Source: Lophium mytilinum
Taxonomy: Eukaryota
DNA: 64,000 nt
Direction of reading: 5' to 3'
NCBI GenBank assembly: GCA_010093605.1
Contig: MU004196.1
Location: 642,606-706,605 of the forward strand
Below, piece by piece: positions 12,512 to 23,435 of this stretch. A program made the translations under genes and the position numbers. The notes under the pieces were generated by a model. The model had not been told where the DNA came from. It did no database searches and was given only the letters and a program-made list of their open reading frames with translations. How positions within the stretch are numbered: the stretch's first letter is position 1; each line of letters begins with the position of its first letter.

Positions 12512-13114
12512 ATGAACCCTCCCAACTCCCAACCCTCTCCCATCTCCCCCAGCATCCTCCTCCTCAACGCCTTCCCCGGCACCGGCAAACTCACCATCGC
12601 CCCCCTCCTCGCTGCCCCCTCCATCCTCCTCCACAACCACCTCCTCGTCGACCCCGCCGCCGCCATCTACCCCGAGCGAGATCAAAACCACTACGCCCTC
12701 CGCCGCGCCTTCCGCAAAACCGCCTTCGACGCCTTAAAAGCGGACAACAGAGACTTAAGCATCATCATGGCCGCCTGCCTCGGCAACTCCGCCGCGGACG
12801 TCGCGGTCCTGGCTGAGTATGTCGACGTCGCGCGCGTACGTAACGTCCCGTTTATCCTCGTCAATCTGGTCTGTGATATGGACGAGCATGTCGCGCGGCT
12901 GCAGGGGCGGGAGAGGGGTGAAGGCGCGCGGACGAAGCTGAGGGATGGGGAGGTGTTGAGGGAGTTGATGGCGGGGAATACGCTTGTGAGGGCTAGGGAG
13001 CATCGAGAGCTATGGGAGGGGGTCGAGGTGAGGACGTATGAGATGGACACGACGGGGAGGGAGGCAGGGGAGGTTGCGGGGAAGATTTGGGGGGTTTTGG
13101 GGGAGGTGGAGTAG
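12512..13114 (+). CDS. Small P-loop NTPase, chloramphenicol-phosphotransferase-like/AAA_33-type putative small-molecule kinase
   Basis: Single-exon 200-aa ORF with a Walker A-like motif ILLLNAFPGTGKLTIA, then HNHLLVDP, a lid-like EHVARLQGRER and C-terminal DTT. Confidence 0.8.
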   Translation: MNPPNSQPSPISPSILLLNAFPGTGKLTIAPLLAAPSILLHNHLLVDPAAAIYPERDQNHYALRRAFRKTAFDALKADNRDLSIIMAACLGNSAADVAVLAEYVDVARVRNVPFILVNLVCDMDEHVARLQGRERGEGARTKLRDGEVLRELMAGNTLVRAREHRELWEGVEVRTYEMDTTGREAGEVAGKIWGVLGEVE

Positions 13115-13565
13115 AGGGTTAAGGCGTGAGGTGGAAGGCAAGGGGATGGAGGGTTCTGGAAAGGAGGTGATTGGCCTTTGAGGGAAGTTAGAACGGAGGG
13201 ATGGGAGGGTGAGGATGGAAAGGGGAGAAGGAGATGAGTACAGTACTAGGTCTACTGCTCAGGCTTCACTTTGCCTCTCTCGATGCTGCCGTGGGGAATA
13301 GCCCAGTATCACTTAAGAGACAGTCGATATCTACTGCGTATATCGTGTGTCTAGAGTTCTGAGAACCTAAAGATGTACATTAAGTAGTGATGAAACGGAA
13401 CTGCACCAACCTTTAGTGAGGCACTATAATTGCCTTGCGTTCCTCTCCTGCATGTGTGTCTAAGTTCCTTGCTACGCGGGTGTGGGTGTCCTTCAGATCC
13501 TTCCATACTCCTCGATTACTCGCTTCAACTCCTCACAGCAACAGACTCATAGTGTGAATTGACGA

Positions 13566-13996
13566 ATGCATATTCGATTTTTGCTACTTACAGCCCTTCT
13601 AGGACGCGTCGTCCTCCTCGCATCCAAGCAAGCAGTCCTCTACGCTCGCTTTCCTCCCCACAACTACCCTCTTCCCCAGACGCAGCGCCTCCACAGGCGC
13701 GCGCAAACACTTGTACAGCAGAACAGAAAAGAGCTTCACGCCAGCCCTACACAGCAAAATCCCATCCCGACAAAAAGCAAGAAAAGATGAAGCGATGGAT
13801 AGATGACATTATGAGCCAAAGGAAACAGTCTGCCAGTCGTCAAAAGCCCACCAAAGAACGAGGCTTCCAGAATGTGTTGCATGTGGCTGAGAAGAATATT
13901 ACAAGAGTTGCCTTGGTAGCCATGTTTTCGGTCAAAACAGATCAACTGAAACTGAGCGTTCAAATCCGAATCTCCAGAAGGAGCCTGGAGGCGTGA
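13566..13996 (+). pseudogene. Possible frameshifted secreted-protein gene
   Basis: Signal-peptide-like start MHIRFLLLTALLGRVVLLA. Removing one GC from the (GC)4 run at 13697-13704 joins it to a downstream open frame (HRR-ANTCTAEQK...). Confidence 0.25.
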
Positions 13997-14225
13997 GATG
14001 CTAACAATGGAGGAGTGCCGCAGCGTTGATTTTGTGAGTGAGGAAGAGGTGGTATAATTATATAGTGGTAACCGTCTCGAGCGTGGTGGTTGCTTAGGCT
14101 GCATACCAGGGATGCGGAGAGGTTAGGAGCCGTCAAAATGCGTAGACCGCCAGTGAACGCCGCCGTGACTTGAAAGGTTGGTGTGTATACGAAATGCAGA
14201 AACGCATGAAGGAAGACAAAGGCCA

Positions 14226-15491
14226 CTAGAAGTTCTGGGCGATGCCAGAGTTGCCTTGTTGTGGGAAGACGGATGGATTCTCGATTCTTGTGTTTCGCCG
14301 GGCTGATACATCGCGGATCACGGGTTGCTGTCCTCCACCGTATGTGCCGTCTCCGTATGGCCCGGGCTGGTAGTATCCGGCTTCGTTGTAGTAGTCCTGT
14401 GGGTTGTTCATAGGGATGGGCATCTCTCCAGAATTGTCGGATCGATTGCCGGCTGAATATGACGACGATGCATTCGAAGGTCCACGACGGATATCTGAGC
14501 GGTTCTGTCCGGCAACTGGAGCGGCTCCTAGAGCACCAATGGTTTCCGAGTCCATCGTGTCCCGTTGACCCGCCATAAGTGGATTATCTGAATGGCCTTC
14601 TGACACTTGCGTTGGCGAATGCGGGCTGTGGTATCCGCCTGGGTTGCTGGTAGTATCCGAGATGCCTCCAATGCCGCCCGACAGGGTCGTCGATGCCTTC
14701 CTGTTCGATGACGGATTCGTTGTGTTTCCCCATCCTCGATATCCGCTGTTGTCCTCTGTCATCACTGAACCGGCACCTACGGCAGGGAGCGTGGGGTCGT
14801 TGTTAGGGTTGAAGCCATATTCTTCGACCTCCTTCCTCCTAGCCTCCTCGCCGTCCTTCCGCTGCTTTCGTTTCTTCCAGAGAAAGATGCCCACCAACAC
14901 GAGAGCAGCTACCACAACAACCGGTATCACAACGGCAATAGCTGTCTTGCCTGCTGTGCTCAATCCTCCCTTTACTTCCTTGGATTGCTGTGTTTGCAGT
15001 CCAGCGGAGCCGGCAGTTGTGGATGACTTCGAGGACGAGGTGGTGGACGCTGGGGTTGATGTCTCCTCGGGTGTGGTCACCGAAGTGATGAATACAACGA
15101 CGGTACTGGGACTTTCACCGGGGACGGTTGGCTCTACGGTGACTTGAGAGGTGATGACCTTTGTCGAAGGAGGGGCTGCAGATCTGGTGACAACTGAGGT
15201 CGCGATAACAGCACTCGACGGAGCTGGCGTTGAGGAGACAACCGGGGCCGAGGACGGTTCTGCACTCGAGACAATCACGACGGAGGAGGAGGAGGAGGCG
15301 GGGAGGGAGACGGGCGCAGGCGAGGAGGAGGTGGGCGCCAAAGAGGTTTGCGCGACTGAAGATGTCAGAGTCCGAGTCGACGAAGAGAGGGCGTTTGAAG
15401 AAGAAGCCATGGCCGATGACAGCGAGGCAGAAGATGCAGAGGATGCAGAAGACGCGGATGAATCAGACATACTGGTAGAAGAATTCGACAT
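14226..15491 (-). CDS. Ser/Thr-rich single-pass membrane protein (Mid2/Wsc-like cell-surface sensor architecture)
   Basis: Uninterrupted ORF with a long S/T/P-rich region, TM segment AIAVVIPVVVVAALVLVGIFLW followed by KKRKQRK, and a cytoplasmic tail ending VIRDVSARRNTRIENP...GIAQNF. Confidence 0.85.
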   Translation of the reverse strand: MSNSSTSMSDSSASSASSASSASLSSAMASSSNALSSSTRTLTSSVAQTSLAPTSSSPAPVSLPASSSSSVVIVSSAEPSSAPVVSSTPAPSSAVIATSVVTRSAAPPSTKVITSQVTVEPTVPGESPSTVVVFITSVTTPEETSTPASTTSSSKSSTTAGSAGLQTQQSKEVKGGLSTAGKTAIAVVIPVVVVAALVLVGIFLWKKRKQRKDGEEARRKEVEEYGFNPNNDPTLPAVGAGSVMTEDNSGYRGWGNTTNPSSNRKASTTLSGGIGGISDTTSNPGGYHSPHSPTQVSEGHSDNPLMAGQRDTMDSETIGALGAAPVAGQNRSDIRRGPSNASSSYSAGNRSDNSGEMPIPMNNPQDYYNEAGYYQPGPYGDGTYGGGQQPVIRDVSARRNTRIENPSVFPQQGNSGIAQNF

Positions 15492-18400
15492 GGCGCCGGT
15501 GGTCAAAGAAACAGACTATAAAGGAAGCGGCGTGGGATCGAGCCGGTCGCGTTGGGCGATTGTCGAGGGCGACCAAACAAAGGGTCTGGAATGTGCTACA
15601 ATGGCATCCAGTAGGTCAAAAGAACAGCAGTCGAAGAAGCGGAGAACGGCCAATGGGATGGCGATGAAATGGATGGCGATGTGGGATGCACGCAGCGCAG
15701 GACGCGGTGCGAGTGTGGGTGGTGGTAAGAGATTGGGGAGAAGGAGGTTCAGGTGTGGCCGGCGCGGGTGGGAGGCCCGATGCAACTGGCGTTACGGCAG
15801 TAAGGCCTTCGCGTAGGATACGGATAGTAGAGTGCAGCTACAGGCACAGGCAGTAGACAGTAGGTGAGGTTCCCAGGTCAAAGGGCGTGATGCTCGACGG
15901 GCGGTGTTTGAGGAGTGCTCGGCGTGGGCGGCAGCTTCTGTATTTCTTCTCCAGCAGCCTCTCAGGCCTTCACAGCGGCTTCAACCCTCCACGACGCAGC
16001 CAAGCCGCCGGCCTCTCCTCTCGAGACCCTTCGCGGCTGTTCAAGATCCGCCAGCTGCCCGATGTGGGTGAGCGCTAGACACAGCGGGCGATAGCGGGCG
16101 TGGCTGTTCACGACGTGCAGCACCCGGCGGTCCAGCCCTATGCGCCCGCATCAAATGCCTCTGGCGAGCCGCCCATTCGTGATACACTCACACGAACTCA
16201 CCCAGCAAACAGCAGCAATCGACGCTGAAAAGCCGTGACGTTGCCAGGTAACATGAGTCTCAAACGCCCCGTCACCCGTGAAGCACCAGCCAGTCTCGAC
16301 ATCATCGCCCAGGATGGCATTGATGTGGATGAAACGACAGACGACGAGTGTAATTGGCCACTCCTGAAATAGCCACGCCGCCGTTGAATGGCCCTCGGCG
16401 CTGCGACGTCGCATGCGGATCTCTGCTACCTGCGTTCACTGATCGTGAGTCCGGTGGGATGCTAGTCTCCTCCACGGCGAGCCTCTTTCCGAGACTCCAA
16501 TACAGCACGACAATTCAAGTGTTGGCAGTTGTCCATACACCAAGACGGCTGTCGGCATTGTCGTTGCTATTCGCGTTCCGCTGCTGCTTCATCTCCACCC
16601 CCTTCGTCCAGCATGTATTGGCGGAAGAAACTCCGCAGCTAAAAGGTCCCTGCTTTCACGTACAGCAAAGAGGGAACCACGGAACTTCATCTGGGCACGA
16701 TCACCCTACAAGACGCAATCTTATCAAGAGGCAACAAAGACGCAACGCTATTGACATGGCGAGGCTTATGCAGCGCAAAGAGCATCAATAATCAACCGTC
16801 ATCTGATTCTCGCATCCGTATCCCAGCCAGCCAGTCAAAGAAACCGGATCAGCCGCACTCACGAGACATTCAGCTTCCGAAAACTTCTCTTTGAAGATGT
16901 TGACAAGGATCTGCACTTGTTTCCCTTCGCAGTAATTACGTTCATTTCGTTTTCTGCGCTGAGGTGGCCGAGATGCACGCGATAATTACGCGCTCTTCGA
17001 CTGCCATGAGCTACACCTTCACACTCATCACAGTCTCGGCCCAGGCACTTTCTCCTTATCTTTTCTGGCTCTTCCAAATTTCTGTGCATGCAATCTGAAT
17101 AGTTTCACTTATGACGTTATGTTTATGACGAAGGTCAGAAACTCTGATACCTGTATCCACCGTTCCTCTTGCATGACTGTCATTTCTAGTCTTCATCTAC
17201 CAGGGATTTCACGACGGCCTTCAACTTTCCAACGTTGACTCTATGGCATTATCTGATGGTCTAGTAATGTGGCCTTCGTATGAATGTACGCCTACTTAGC
17301 TCGCCCCGACTCTGGGTGAATGGCTGCCGAGTGTTTTGAGGATGCGAAGTATGACTTTGTCCTGGGCCTGTCGATGCCCGCAAAGCCCCTAACTGCCATT
17401 CCTTTACTCGTATGCATGAACGGACGTCCTCATCACATGAGACCTGAGAAATCACGGGACCAATGCAGAGAAGAGCCATAAAACTTTCGACGGACCTCAA
17501 ATTTTCCAGCAACAGGGCAGCCTCGTGCTGTGGATAGAAAACAGGTGGCGACATGGTCGATGAGCAAAATATGTAAGGTATGGATACCATGGGGACCGCC
17601 GGAGTCGAGCCTGCGGTTCAGCTTCTTCCGAAGTATCAACCACTGATGCTGCACACCACCATCGCCCCAAAGCGCCTCTCCAATACCTATCTCGATCGCC
17701 AATGAGCTTCAAGCTGCTGAAACGAAGGTTGTCAACACCGTACATCTCTAACAACCATCACCATCATTATCTTCTACTCCGCTCCGCTCTCCATCGCTTC
17801 TTTCCCGTCGACATTTTCATCCACCGAACCAGGACCACCACACACCTCCATCAGGTCTGGCAAAGTTGTGTTTTACTCCCACGGACACCACCAAGATCCA
17901 TCCAAGTGCTCTGCACATCCTTTTGCACGACGCAGGCAACCAGCCATTTTACTCGGACACGCCTGTTTTTGCTCCCCCCAACTCCTTTCTTTCCCACAAC
18001 CTGCTGGAAGAACAAAGCACGCCAGCGGTAGGGCTTTTATACCAGAAGATATCTCTGGACACGTGAGTAGCTGTTTGCTCACATGATCTCGAAGATTGCT
18101 GCAGCGAGGAGGTAGGAGTGCATATTCATCACGATTCCATGTACCAATGTTGGTCGGACCGGACGAAGATGCGTTTAAAGGGTACCGCTTCACTGCCTAG
18201 AGGTTCAATAAAGGTATATTAAGCCTCGGGCTGTGCCGTAAATGCTAATAGTCGAGAGGAGTGAGCATCTTCTTATAGAATTGAGGTGTTACATAGACTT
18301 TACGCCCTGCGCGGTTTTTTCCTGTGTGCAAGTTGGGACTTGCTAGTTTTCGTCCACCATCTACACAGAGGACCCGAGTAAGTGCGAACGAAGACGCCGG

Positions 18401-18878
18401 GATAGGAGGACCCGGTTCCACGCGAATGAGTTTGATATCAACACAGGAACGATTATCACATCCATTCATCACAGCAAACAGCAGCATCCACAAAGACAGC
18501 GATAGGATGTAGAATTGCTAGGTACGTCACCACACCGGCGACTTCAATCAACCCTAAGTATATACAGAAGAAGGCAGCACACACATGTGTAGCTCAAGGC
18601 TTTCCCCACCTGCGCCCGGCAGACGAAAACGCCCCAACACACAAATAGATCCCACTCCCCCAGATGTCCGGGTGAATTCCACAACTCTCCAAAAGAGCTT
18701 TTTTGATCCCCTCACTTAGCTGTACACAGCGAAAAACCCCCAATGGCTTTCATCCTCCGCTTGAGATGCAAAAAATCGTCAATAAGTCATGCAAAGCGCC
18801 TAGACCGGCCTGCGCTAGCGTTTGTTGGTATGGGGGTTGAGCTTGCTGCGCAATCGCCAGACATAGCGGCAGACAGAT

Positions 18879-19781
18879 CTAAGTCTCCCACCACTCAAAG
18901 ACGTCCGAGTGGCCGCGACCATTGACGCTGGGGAACGCCTCATCGAAGAAGCCCTGCGCCAGATCGAGGTTGCCGCCCGTGCAGGGGAGCGCATCCGTGC
19001 CCATGCACTTGTCGCCGATCGTCGCGGGCCACGTCTTGCCGGTGACCTTGTTGAGGATCATGATCTTCTGCCCGCACCACGGGTTGCCGTTGGACATCGT
19101 GCCCTTGCTGTCCCACGTGTCGTGCGCAATCGCGACGACGTGGTCGCTGTTCTGGATCAGGAAGCCGCACGCGCCGTAGCCGCCGGCCGGGTCGTAGTAG
19201 GTGATGTCGCCGGTGTACTTCTCGCCGCCGCCGTAGCTGGCGGCGCTTGCGGAGGCGCTGGGTGCGGCGGCTGCGGAGGAGGCTGGGGGGGTGTATGCGG
19301 GAGTGGGCGCTACGTAGACGGAGCTGGATGCGGGTGGTGGGGTGTAGACGGAGCTAGGCGTCGAGGGAGGGGTGTAGACGGAGCTGGGTGCCGCGGGAGG
19401 CGTGTAGACGGAGCTCACAGCTGGAGGAGTGTAGGCAGGAGACGAGGGGGGAGTGTAGACTGAAGAGGGAGCCTCGTAGGTGCTGGAAGGGGTCGCTACG
19501 ACGGGGGGAGTGTAGGCTGGCTCCGAGTGCTTGGAGTGGTGCTGCTCGTAGAACAGGCCGCCAGCGGAGGAGCTGGCTTCGGCAGCAGCAGCGAGGGGGG
19601 TCGGGTCGACCCAGATGGTCGTGGTGCTGTACTCGGTCTTGACCACCTCCTCAGTAACGACAACGAGGTTGCGCTTCTTGTGCATATGAGCGTGGTGGTT
19701 GTGCTTGTTGGTGGGCACAGCAGCGACGAAGGAGGTCAGGAAGAGCGCAGAGAGCGCGAGGGTGGTGCTGGTAGTCTTCAT
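18879..19781 (-). CDS. Secreted Asp f 7-like / RlpA-like double-psi beta-barrel (expansin/loosenin-like) protein
   Basis: Signal peptide MKTTSTTLALSALFLTSFVAA, HKKR processing site, Pro/Ser linker, and C-terminal GDITYY..GYGACG..VVAIA..NPWCG..IGDKC..C..LDL domain. Confidence 0.9.
   Translation of the reverse strand: MKTTSTTLALSALFLTSFVAAVPTNKHNHHAHMHKKRNLVVVTEEVVKTEYSTTTIWVDPTPLAAAAEASSSAGGLFYEQHHSKHSEPAYTPPVVATPSSTYEAPSSVYTPPSSPAYTPPAVSSVYTPPAAPSSVYTPPSTPSSVYTPPPASSSVYVAPTPAYTPPASSAAAAPSASASAASYGGGEKYTGDITYYDPAGGYGACGFLIQNSDHVVAIAHDTWDSKGTMSNGNPWCGQKIMILNKVTGKTWPATIGDKCMGTDALPCTGGNLDLAQGFFDEAFPSVNGRGHSDVFEWWET
19285..19515 (-). repeat. Coding repeats (S-S-V-Y-T-P-P) in the Asp f 7-like linker
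   Basis: Repeated gtgtagacggagct on the + strand at roughly 30-nt spacing, translating to SSVYTPP/AYTPP units. Confidence 0.75.
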
Positions 19782-22700
19782 ATTGGCTTTGGTATATGGA
19801 TTGGTATAGGGATTGGTGTAGGATGTCGGTGTTGTTGCTGAGAAGCAGTGGTGGTTCCTGGAGTGACTGGTATTTGAGGCTAGTAGTCAGAGAGCGACAC
19901 GTGGAATTGGCTAGCAATTCGACTGTTGGAATGTGGTGTTCAGCGCAGACGTTGTCTTGTCGGTGTAGCGGGTGGCTGGCCGTTGGGTATCGGAATGCTG
20001 TTCGAGAAAAGAGTGAATTGAGATGTAGATCTCGTAAATGAGTGAAGAAAAGAAGGGCAGATAAAACAAATGCTAGACGTCAAGCCTGTAAGGAGGGAGT
20101 TGGAGGAGACGGGGGCAGGGCACGACTTTTGTAGGCCGAGTTGGAGTTGGGGGTGGGCAAAGGGGAGTCGGGCCTGCATAGACTCAGCTGGCGAATCGGG
20201 GAGGCACAGCGCACGCACACCGAATCCTTGGACTGCGCCGTCCCGGCGACTTCCTTGCTGGCGAGCTTTCGTGCTTTTGCTGGCGCCGGCTGTGGCTCCC
20301 CGAGCAGAAAAACGGGAAAACTTCTGCAAATCTAGGCGCAAAGTCTAGTTGACGCCTGCATCTACTACCGCATCCCGCCGTCGACCAAGATGCGGTCTAA
20401 AGTCTGCCCTGCCAGACGGGCTGCTCAGAAAAACTCTCTTCACACCTCCTTTCCTCACGAATCCTGCGCACGGCGTCGAGCAGCGCTGTGGCCTGTGGGC
20501 AAGACACGGCTGAAGGCCAACGTTTCACTCGTCCCCATCCGGCTAGCCGTCAGCTGTCGGTCAGGGCCTGGGGCCGGACTGAGTGCAGTGCACCCGGGCG
20601 ATTGGCTGGATCTTCAGGTACCCGCTCGCCAGGGGGACCGGCCACTCACAAACATTTCAAGCATGGAAACATCCAAATCTGCACAGCCTCAGTGTGTATT
20701 TCGGCAAGAGTACCCCACGGCCCGAGATGAGGAGTGACACGTGGATCCGGGGCCAGAGGGACTGTCTCTCATTCCTCGTCGTTGCCCCGACCACCACAGC
20801 ACTCGCCTTCTCCGAGTCGACGACAGAGCAACAAACTGCGCCATGCCATGCGCCGTCACCCCGCGTGCAGAGTGGAGCGCCTGGCCAAACACTCTGTTTC
20901 TACGAGTCGCGCCGAATACAGCTGCGATTGGTGCTGGGCCGTCCAAGGGATGAAACCTGCGCGACGCCGTGGTTCGCCGCACCGCTCCCAGCGTCAGCAC
21001 TCACTGCACACGTCGCCCACCGCCGGCCGTCTGCGCCTCTCACAGCTGCAGGTTGCACGACGGTGTTGCTCTGCTGCAGCCTGCGCTTTTTTTTTTCTTT
21101 TGGCACCGTGGCCAGGCGCGAAATGAATTGTGGGACGCAAGCACTCGTAACTGGCTCCCAGCCCTCTCCATGTCATTGTCACCATCTTCTGCCGTTATGC
21201 CGTTGCCTTAGGCTGGGTTTAACGTTAACGTTATCGATACTGTTCCCCACACCCACCAGCCCGGGCCTATCATGGCGGAACGGTAGGCGTCCGTCGCTGA
21301 AGACTTTTCACAGATGCATGCGTCCTGCAGCCTGAATCACCTAACTGTTTACATGACTTGTATAGTACGTAACGCTGAGCTGCCCTGTAGTAGGGCTGCT
21401 AAAAGTCTGCATGCTCGGAAGTCCCCCCTCTGTCCAGCGATTGGGCGCTGAGTATTCGATGTCGTCAGGATTGGAAACAGCCGTGGATGCAGCAATCGCG
21501 ATAGACTTGGGAAGATTCCACGGTTCACCTTCGGGTACTGCCACTGGGTCCCGCTGTGTTCCAGCTTTTCGGCGAAGGCAATTCATCCCTCAGGAGAACG
21601 AGATCCTTTTTGATCCTGCAATCCAGCGTTGTGGTAAATCATTTAGCTACGAACCCCACGGCCACGCCTCGATTTTACAAGGGCATATCTAGAACTCAAA
21701 CCGGACGTTAACTTGACCGACTTAAATCCTACGTTCTGAAGCCACCAGGGGATGTCCTCCCGAGTTCTCTTTTCTACTTCGGTGTAATTGATTTGGTAGC
21801 CTCAAGGCCGCGTACCCCATATTTAGCGACTCAGGTACAGTGCACGATCAATTCTCGTAATTCAGCCGTGTCTCACTTCATCCCTATTCAATCAAAAGCA
21901 TTAGGGCATTAAACTGCCTCTCTACATCCCTATCCTCCTACTAGCCTTGCATAAACGCCAAAAATGATGACTTCATAACGCTTCCCTCATTAAAAGTCAC
22001 AGTGCAGCGGTCAATTCAGGACGTCGCATATAGCACACGTGATATCGTATGGAATGGTAATTATTCCTTCACACTACGTCTCTCTCCTCTTCTACACGCT
22101 CAGATCTGAAGAAAGCCTCAATTCTCCCTCCGTCACTTCTCCTCCTCCGTCCGCACCGCATCGACCCAGTTCCCCCTAACTTAAGCATGCGGGGTGCATT
22201 CGTAGTCGGTGATGAACCGCATACACCACCACCCAATGACCATCACCATCAACCAGGAATGATGAAGATCATCATCACACCCCAGTGTAACCTAGTCAGT
22301 AATTCGTCGAGCCAAAAGTGAAACCTAGTCAGCAATTCATCAAGAATGGTGGTAGCTCGTCCCTAGTTAGTAACCGTCCGTGTGCGCAAAGCGAGCTGGT
22401 CGACCGACCTCGAGACCTAGTTAGCAGTTGGCTCGGGAGCAGCTTGGTGAGGAAAGAAATTTGGGCGTGGTGGCGCCAAGTTGATATACTCTGGCAGGAG
22501 AATTCGCTGACTCAGCGATGCTAGATGACTCATCAACGCTAGTCCGTTTAATCGACTCGGGCTTAGCATTATAACCGTGTCTGTGCGATGGGCATAGGGA
22601 GTGAGGCTCCGGGGCTGTATATGGTTTTGCTGTCATCTATCTATCTGAATTGTTCCAACTCAAGCGTTCTCTATCTGGCAGCCGCTTGCCCCTTGACACA

Positions 22701-23435
22701 TCCATCTACCCCTCTGCCACCCTTTCCTGTCTGTGGAGTCATTGATCCTACTCTCGACAGGCCGGCGCAGTCTCTAGGCTCCCCTCTATCCTTAAGCGCA
22801 AAGGTGATTAGCTAGGTATATAAGACCGTATAGACGCTGAGTATAGGGAGAGTCTCACAAGCAACCTCCAAATCAGAGGCCACATGCCATTCCCTCCCTC
22901 GCTTTTCCCGCAGTTTTCAATCTTCATATATGCTATTAGCATACCGAAGCCGTCACCATTCCATATCACAATATCCTTTCTCAGTCACACACCCCAATTC
23001 CAACTCACAACTCGTGAATACTCAACATATCAATAATCATAAATGTCATCATTACACGCCTATCGAACACTCCATACCCAATAACCCCCCGTTACCCTCC
23101 AATCTGCCAAATTACCCCTCGGAAACCCAAACCAAAGGGAAGCCAACGCGGCTCTGATATCACTTGAAAAAGAAAGATGGATGAATGATGCCCCAAAGAA
23201 CGCCCCAGACGACTCAAACGCGTCCATGTGCATCCTGTTACCCAAGCCCAGAGAGATCCCACGGCGGAAAGAGTACCGTGCCGTGCTGTACTGTGCTGAT
23301 CAAAAGAACGCCCACGCCATGTGCTGTAGTGTACTGAGAGAGCAAGGAAAGTCGTTAAGCTGAAGCAAACCGAAAGCGAACCAAGAGCGCTTGGTAATGA
23401 AAGCGCGCGCGAAGGGGAACAAGCAAACCACTATC

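Noticed and set aside
5632..13114. A psilocybin-type biosynthetic cluster
   Set aside because: No P450, methyltransferase or PsiK-type kinase is nearby; only the decarboxylase family is shared.
4836..15816. Long antisense ORFs over real genes (4836-5507, 10928-11476, 14644-15147, 15151-15816)
   Set aside because: Shadow frames produced by the codon bias of the opposite-strand genes.
16800..18500. Short ORFs between the membrane-protein and Asp f 7-like genes
   Set aside because: No recognisable domains or consistent splice model; they may be a relic but I cannot support that.
19790..21340. ORFs up to 250 aa upstream of the Asp f 7-like gene
   Set aside because: Promoter/UTR-like GC-rich sequence with no protein features.
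22289..22430. Repeat-spacer arrangement as a CRISPR-like array
   Set aside because: Repeats are only 12-17 nt and degenerate, spacing is irregular, the context is eukaryotic and there are no cas genes.
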